DNA of 20,501 nt from an uncultured virus (IMG/VR IMGVR_UViG_3300021964_000035) (lineage: Duplodnaviria; Heunggongvirae; Uroviricota; Caudoviricetes): the IMG/VR virus record IMGVR_UViG_3300021964_000035; one strand, written 5' to 3'. The notes under the pieces are model-generated. The model was given only the letters and a program-made list of their open reading frames with translations. It was not told where the DNA came from and made no database searches. Shown one piece after another: positions 16,665-20,501 of the stretch (position 1 is its first letter; every line of letters starts with the position of its first letter). The position numbers were made by a program, and so were the translations under genes.

Positions 16665-17780
16665 TTGTTCGTCGATAATGATTTCCCGAAACTGCTTGGT
16701 GCTGAGTTATATCGGCCGCATCCTGCGTACATCGTCGAGATGGCCGCAGAACCTGTGGTCGTTCACGACTTCTCCAAGCAGCCTGGTCAAACTGTTCAGT
16801 TAGACCGTTACCGTTTCTGGGGTAACCCTGGTTCCAAAGAGAGCCGTGAGCGTACTGCCGAACAAACCATCGGCACCGCTAACAGCCGGAACATCGTCAA
16901 GGACAAGGTCCTGGTGACTCTGAAGGAGTACACCGGTCCTGCAGATCCGAACGATCCCACCCAGCCGAGCACCTTCAAGATTGCTCGCGAGACCCTGATC
17001 ACTGCTCAGCGTCTCCTGCTGGACACCGGCAACCTGACGGCTTTCCATCAGTCCATCGGCTCCCTGACCCTGCTCGACGACTATCGTCGTTGGCGCGATC
17101 GGGTGTTCATCAACGAACTCCTGAAAGCTGTTTCCAAGGGCCAGTCTTCCGACACCCAAGGTGGTTATTACTATCCCGGCGATCTCGCCGTCGGTAGCCT
17201 CACCTATACCAACGCCGAGCAAGCCAAGTTCGACGTCAAGGACGACCTCCTGCGCGTGGTGAAGAGCCTGCGCAAGCGGAACACTCCTACCTATCAGGAT
17301 GGTTTCTATCGCTGCGTTTGCGATCCCACCTTCCTGCTGCACCTGCGTCAGAACAGCGACTTCCGTGAAGTTGCTCGTTATCCCGGCAACGGTCAGATCA
17401 ACCCGCTGATGTCGGCTATGCAGCCGAACGCAGCGATCTATATGGGCCAAGGCTTCGGCCAGGCCACCTTCGTGGCTGGTGAGCCCATCATGCCCACCGG
17501 CTTCGTGTTCGAAGGAGTCCGCTTCTTCGAATCCACCAACATGCCTACCCAACAGGCAACCGCTTCTATCGGCGGCACCTCTGCTGACTACGACACTGCC
17601 ATCGGCATGTTCTTCGGTCCTCAGTCCGTCGGTGTGGGTATTGGTGGTAACAACGCCCAGGTCCTCCTGAACAACAACGACGATTTCAGTCGTTTCATCA
17701 TGATGATCTGGTCCTTGTACGCTGGTTTCGAACTGCTGAACGCAGACTTCGCAACCATCGGTTACTCCTTCGACGCTTGA
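16665..17780 (+). CDS. major capsid protein (HK97 fold, N4-gp56-like family)
   Basis: 371 aa; DFSKQPGQTVQLDRY, VTLKEY, YRCVCDP...LRQNSDF, FEGVRFFES motifs; strong C-ending codon bias; TTG start with GGAG SD at 16651-16654. Confidence 0.9.
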   Translation: MFVDNDFPKLLGAELYRPHPAYIVEMAAEPVVVHDFSKQPGQTVQLDRYRFWGNPGSKESRERTAEQTIGTANSRNIVKDKVLVTLKEYTGPADPNDPTQPSTFKIARETLITAQRLLLDTGNLTAFHQSIGSLTLLDDYRRWRDRVFINELLKAVSKGQSSDTQGGYYYPGDLAVGSLTYTNAEQAKFDVKDDLLRVVKSLRKRNTPTYQDGFYRCVCDPTFLLHLRQNSDFREVARYPGNGQINPLMSAMQPNAAIYMGQGFGQATFVAGEPIMPTGFVFEGVRFFESTNMPTQQATASIGGTSADYDTAIGMFFGPQSVGVGIGGNNAQVLLNNNDDFSRFIMMIWSLYAGFELLNADFATIGYSFDA

Positions 17781-17795
17781 TAGGAGGTAACTACC

Positions 17796-18668
17796 ATGGC
17801 GATCAACCCTAACGCTCTCTCAGTTGCCAAGATTTATCCCGGCAACTACACCAACGTTCTTCGTTACTGGCACGAAGAAAAGTCCGTTGACACCCTGAAT
17901 GCCAACGGTCGTCCTGTCACCAAGACTGGTCAGCCTGTCGGCGGCCCTGTCGGTGTCGTGTTCCGTCCCGGCTGGATTGCCCAACAGGCAGTCGGCTACG
18001 TGGATCTGAGCTACCAAGCTCTGGGCACCAGCAACCAGCTGAGCTACTACACCAAGCCCTACGGCTCTGGTCAGAACTCTGCTGAGCAGCCCTTCCTGAA
18101 CGCAGACGTCATCATTCCTTCTCCCGACTTCCACAAGGATGTCCGGGCTGATATCACTGATGGCATCAGCGTTCCTTCCGGCGCATACGTCTACCGTCTG
18201 TCCCTCCGTTTGGACGGCGGCAACGTTGTGAGCAGCGGCGTGGCCGGTGCAGACACCACCCCTGAGCTGGGCCTCGGCCCCGCTGTGGGCGAAGGTCTGA
18301 CCACCTCCCCCACCAGCTCCGGCTTCTTCGTGACCCTGGCTGGCTCCAACAGCTTCATCGAGAACGGTTCTACCGCCTCGAACAACGTTGTTGACAGCAG
18401 CAGCCTGGCTCTCACCACCACCGAGACCCAGTACAAGCTGTTCACCGTCACCAACCTGGGTGGCGTTGCTGCTTCCGGTTTCGCTCAAGGTTCGGGTATC
18501 TACGATCCCCGCGCCAACGCCAACAAGCTGTCCGGCAAGGACAAAGCTCTCGGCATCTGCGAAGTCTGCTGGCTCATCCCCGACGAGCCCCCCGAGCGCG
18601 ACGACGTCGTTCTCCAGCCCGGCGGCGTGGTGGAATCCTCCATCTACACCTCCACTTCTCCTTCCTGA
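17796..18668 (+). CDS. abundant structural protein (capsid decoration/cement or tail component)
   Basis: Perfect AGGAGG SD, same strong codon bias as the MCP, beta-rich Gly/Ser/Thr composition, ends at a terminator. Confidence 0.65.
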   Translation: MAINPNALSVAKIYPGNYTNVLRYWHEEKSVDTLNANGRPVTKTGQPVGGPVGVVFRPGWIAQQAVGYVDLSYQALGTSNQLSYYTKPYGSGQNSAEQPFLNADVIIPSPDFHKDVRADITDGISVPSGAYVYRLSLRLDGGNVVSSGVAGADTTPELGLGPAVGEGLTTSPTSSGFFVTLAGSNSFIENGSTASNNVVDSSSLALTTTETQYKLFTVTNLGGVAASGFAQGSGIYDPRANANKLSGKDKALGICEVCWLIPDEPPERDDVVLQPGGVVESSIYTSTSPS

Positions 18669-18696
18669 TACTCTCAGTAGGCGAAACCAAGGGTGC

Positions 18697-18729
18697 AGGC
18701 TCCCTCTTCGGAGGGGGCCTTTTTATTTT
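18697..18729 (+). terminator. Rho-independent terminator
   Basis: AGGCTCCCTC-TTCG-GAGGGGGCCT (cUUCGg loop, one G-U pair) followed by TTTTATTTT. Confidence 0.9.
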
Positions 18730-18761
18730 CTTGCGTATAGAATCTGCAAAGGCATGTTCTT

Positions 18762-19208
18762 ATGATGACTGTGACTTCTAAAGCCGAGACCATCTATAAG
18801 CCCAGTGGTATCAGCGTTGAGATCCTGAGCGAGCACGATGAAGGCGAATACAAGATGGTCCGGTCAATCACTACCGGCAAGGTCTTCTTCGCTCACAGGA
18901 TGCAGCTCGAGATCAAAGAGCAAGAAGAAGAGGACACCCAGACCAATGTGAAGCGACGTGGTCGCCGCACGGTTGTTAAGACTGAGGCGCCTGCTGTTCC
19001 CGCAGAGCATCGGGTCAATATCAACACTGCAACTCCTCAGCGTCTGACCCAGGTGCTGAAGGGTGTTGGTCTTAAAACTGCTATCGAAATCAAAGAACTT
19101 CAGCAATCGATGCCTGGCGAGCGCTTCACGAAGCTCGATCAGCTCAAGAGCATCGGTCGCGTTGATTGGGAAGCGGTGTTGGAATCTGGTGTCGTCTACG
19201 TAGAATAA
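18762..19208 (+). CDS. helix-hairpin-helix (ComEA-like) DNA-binding protein
   Basis: RVNINTATPQRLTQVLKGVGLKTAIEI...RFTKLDQLKSI HhH_3 pattern; small beta N-domain and basic linker KRRGRR. Confidence 0.85.
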   Translation: MMTVTSKAETIYKPSGISVEILSEHDEGEYKMVRSITTGKVFFAHRMQLEIKEQEEEDTQTNVKRRGRRTVVKTEAPAVPAEHRVNINTATPQRLTQVLKGVGLKTAIEIKELQQSMPGERFTKLDQLKSIGRVDWEAVLESGVVYVE

Positions 19209-19236
19209 ATTTGGTCAAGGACCAACGAGGGGGACG

Positions 19237-19264
19237 AGGGAGGATGTAAGTTCCTCCCTTTTTT
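19237..19264 (+). terminator. Rho-independent terminator
   Basis: AGGGAGGA-TGTAAGT-TCCTCCCT stem-loop followed by a T run. Confidence 0.85.
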
Positions 19265-19305
19265 GTTGGCGGTTTAAAATAAAAAAATAAGACGGTCTGT
19301 ACGTA

Positions 19306-19926
19306 ATGGCTCAGTTATCGCAGCAAGAACTGGAGCAAATCCAGTCTTATCTTGCGCAACAGGGCGTTACGTTCAACGCCACAACGACCGACGCGACAAA
19401 GCGTGAGGTCATTTACGCAGCGATCAACCAGATCACGCGCAACCCTGCGCAGGTCTTTGGTCTAAAGCTCGACGACTATAACTTTTCGCGAGTTGCGTAT
19501 CACCTTGGGTACAACATTGCCACGGTTCCCGCTGGCGACTACGCCCGTTTACTGGAAGCTTGCAACAGCATTCCAAGCGAGTTTTACTACGACAAAATTG
19601 TTGCTCAGATTGAGCGATGCGAAGAGGCTGAGCGTTTAACTGAACTTGCTACCGACACTGCCACGAGTCGGCAAGAGACGATTACTGGCGACGTCTCGAG
19701 GAACATTGCCGTCCGAGACAAGCGTGAAGTCCAGCGCGTGTGGCATCAGAACTATCTGTACGAGACCAACAGGTTAGCTCAGATGCTTTATGTAGCAAAC
19801 TATAAGGATGAAGTTACTGGACGTTATCGCTTTGAGCGCAGTGGCGGTGAGTTTATCCAGGCTATCCCTGGACCTCCTGACGTGTCTCGTGCTGACAGAC
19901 TGTATTTTTATTCCAACTATAGATAG
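19306..19926 (+). CDS. putative head-tail adaptor / head completion protein
   Basis: Helical 206-aa protein downstream of the capsid genes; SRVAYHLGY...RLAQMLYV pattern; function inferred from position. Confidence 0.5.
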   Translation: MAQLSQQELEQIQSYLAQQGVTFNATTTDATKREVIYAAINQITRNPAQVFGLKLDDYNFSRVAYHLGYNIATVPAGDYARLLEACNSIPSEFYYDKIVAQIERCEEAERLTELATDTATSRQETITGDVSRNIAVRDKREVQRVWHQNYLYETNRLAQMLYVANYKDEVTGRYRFERSGGEFIQAIPGPPDVSRADRLYFYSNYR

Positions 19927-19959
19927 AAGCTATAATCGATTTACGGGCAGGCAGCATTA

Positions 19960-20501
19960 ATGGGCAGCTTCTCAAGCGATTTGGTTCTGAATGCAATTCA
20001 GAGGCAGACTGGTAAATCTTTGCCGGATATTGTATCCGCCTTTAAAAGATTTCTGCCTCGAATCGAAGCGGTACGTCCAGCTTCGAAGGTGCAGCCTGCT
20101 GCACCGCAGCCTCAAGTTCTTCGTGCTGCTCCTGAGCCAGAAGCTCCTGCCGTGCCTAGCCCGGTTATGCCGGCTGGCCCCAGAGGTCCTGTCGGAAGAG
20201 GCCCTGTCGGTCCCGTTGCTCCCGGTGCCGGCCAACCCGCTGTTCCCACTCCAGAAGTTCAAGGCCAGTTACGACTCCCTTTAACCAGCCGTGGTGAGAG
20301 CGGTCGCCTCGTTTCTATTTATGGTCGGGGCACCGTCGATCCCGACGTTGTTCGTGCATCGTTAGCAGCCGACGCCCTACCTCCTGTCCGGATTGAAGAT
20401 CCTTTTGGCAGTGCGTTCGGACGTCAACTTGATCTACCCCTGACGTTCAGGCGAGAAGTTCCAGTCCCAGTCACTTCGACCTTCACTCGTCAAGGCGCTT
20501 C
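19960..20501 (+). CDS. 5' part of a Pro-rich hypothetical protein running off the right edge (MGSFSSDLVLNAIQRQTGKSLPDIV...)
   Basis: ATG at 19960 with no stop to the window end; consensus TATAAT at 19931-19936. Confidence 0.75.
   Translation, partial: MGSFSSDLVLNAIQRQTGKSLPDIVSAFKRFLPRIEAVRPASKVQPAAPQPQVLRAAPEPEAPAVPSPVMPAGPRGPVGRGPVGPVAPGAGQPAVPTPEVQGQLRLPLTSRGESGRLVSIYGRGTVDPDVVRASLAADALPPVRIEDPFGSAFGRQLDLPLTFRREVPVPVTSTFTRQGA

Noticed and set aside
16800..17552. 250-aa minus-strand ORF opposite the MCP
   Set aside because: Antisense shadow expected from the strong codon bias of the capsid gene; no recognisable motifs or expression signals
17820..18488. 222-aa minus-strand ORF opposite the 290-aa structural gene
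   Set aside because: Same antisense-shadow effect; Gly/Val/Ala-rich mirror composition
19991..20284. 97-aa + strand ORF in the track
   Set aside because: Alternative frame of the longer ORF from 19960, which has a TATAAT box and runs off the window
1..20501. tRNA, rRNA, CRISPR array, integrase/transposase, reverse transcriptase/DGR, alternative genetic code
   Set aside because: None recognised by eye; TAA, TAG and TGA all end genes at sensible junctions, so there is no sign of stop-codon reassignment

Overview
This window is a gene-dense (~50% GC, by eye) segment of a tailed dsDNA phage or phage-derived element covering the DNA-packaging and head-morphogenesis region. It encodes a candidate TerS, TerL (6504-8024), portal (11854-14091), scaffold (13580-14518), an N4-gp56-like major capsid protein (16665-17780), a second highly expressed structural protein, a head-tail adaptor candidate, a head-spike-base-like protein and a run of Ala/Gln-rich pilot/ejection-like proteins. 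A picocyanobacterial host is inferred from codon style and -10-only promoters, but is not proven. Interleaved with the head genes are six glycan-active candidates: GT2-like, GT4, a GH130/GT91-like beta-propeller, a GT-A enzyme with an EDD motif, a GT17 (MGAT3-like) enzyme and a class I methyltransferase. Together they suggest a phage-encoded mannose/GlcNAc virion-glycosylation pathway. Other oddities are a 512-nt dual-coding portal/scaffold overlap, a TAnnnT -10 box 18-33 nt before many genes (including two bidirectional promoters), three possible promoter-terminator mini-transcripts and a split DUF5872-like gene. All family calls come from motif recognition by eye; no searches were run.
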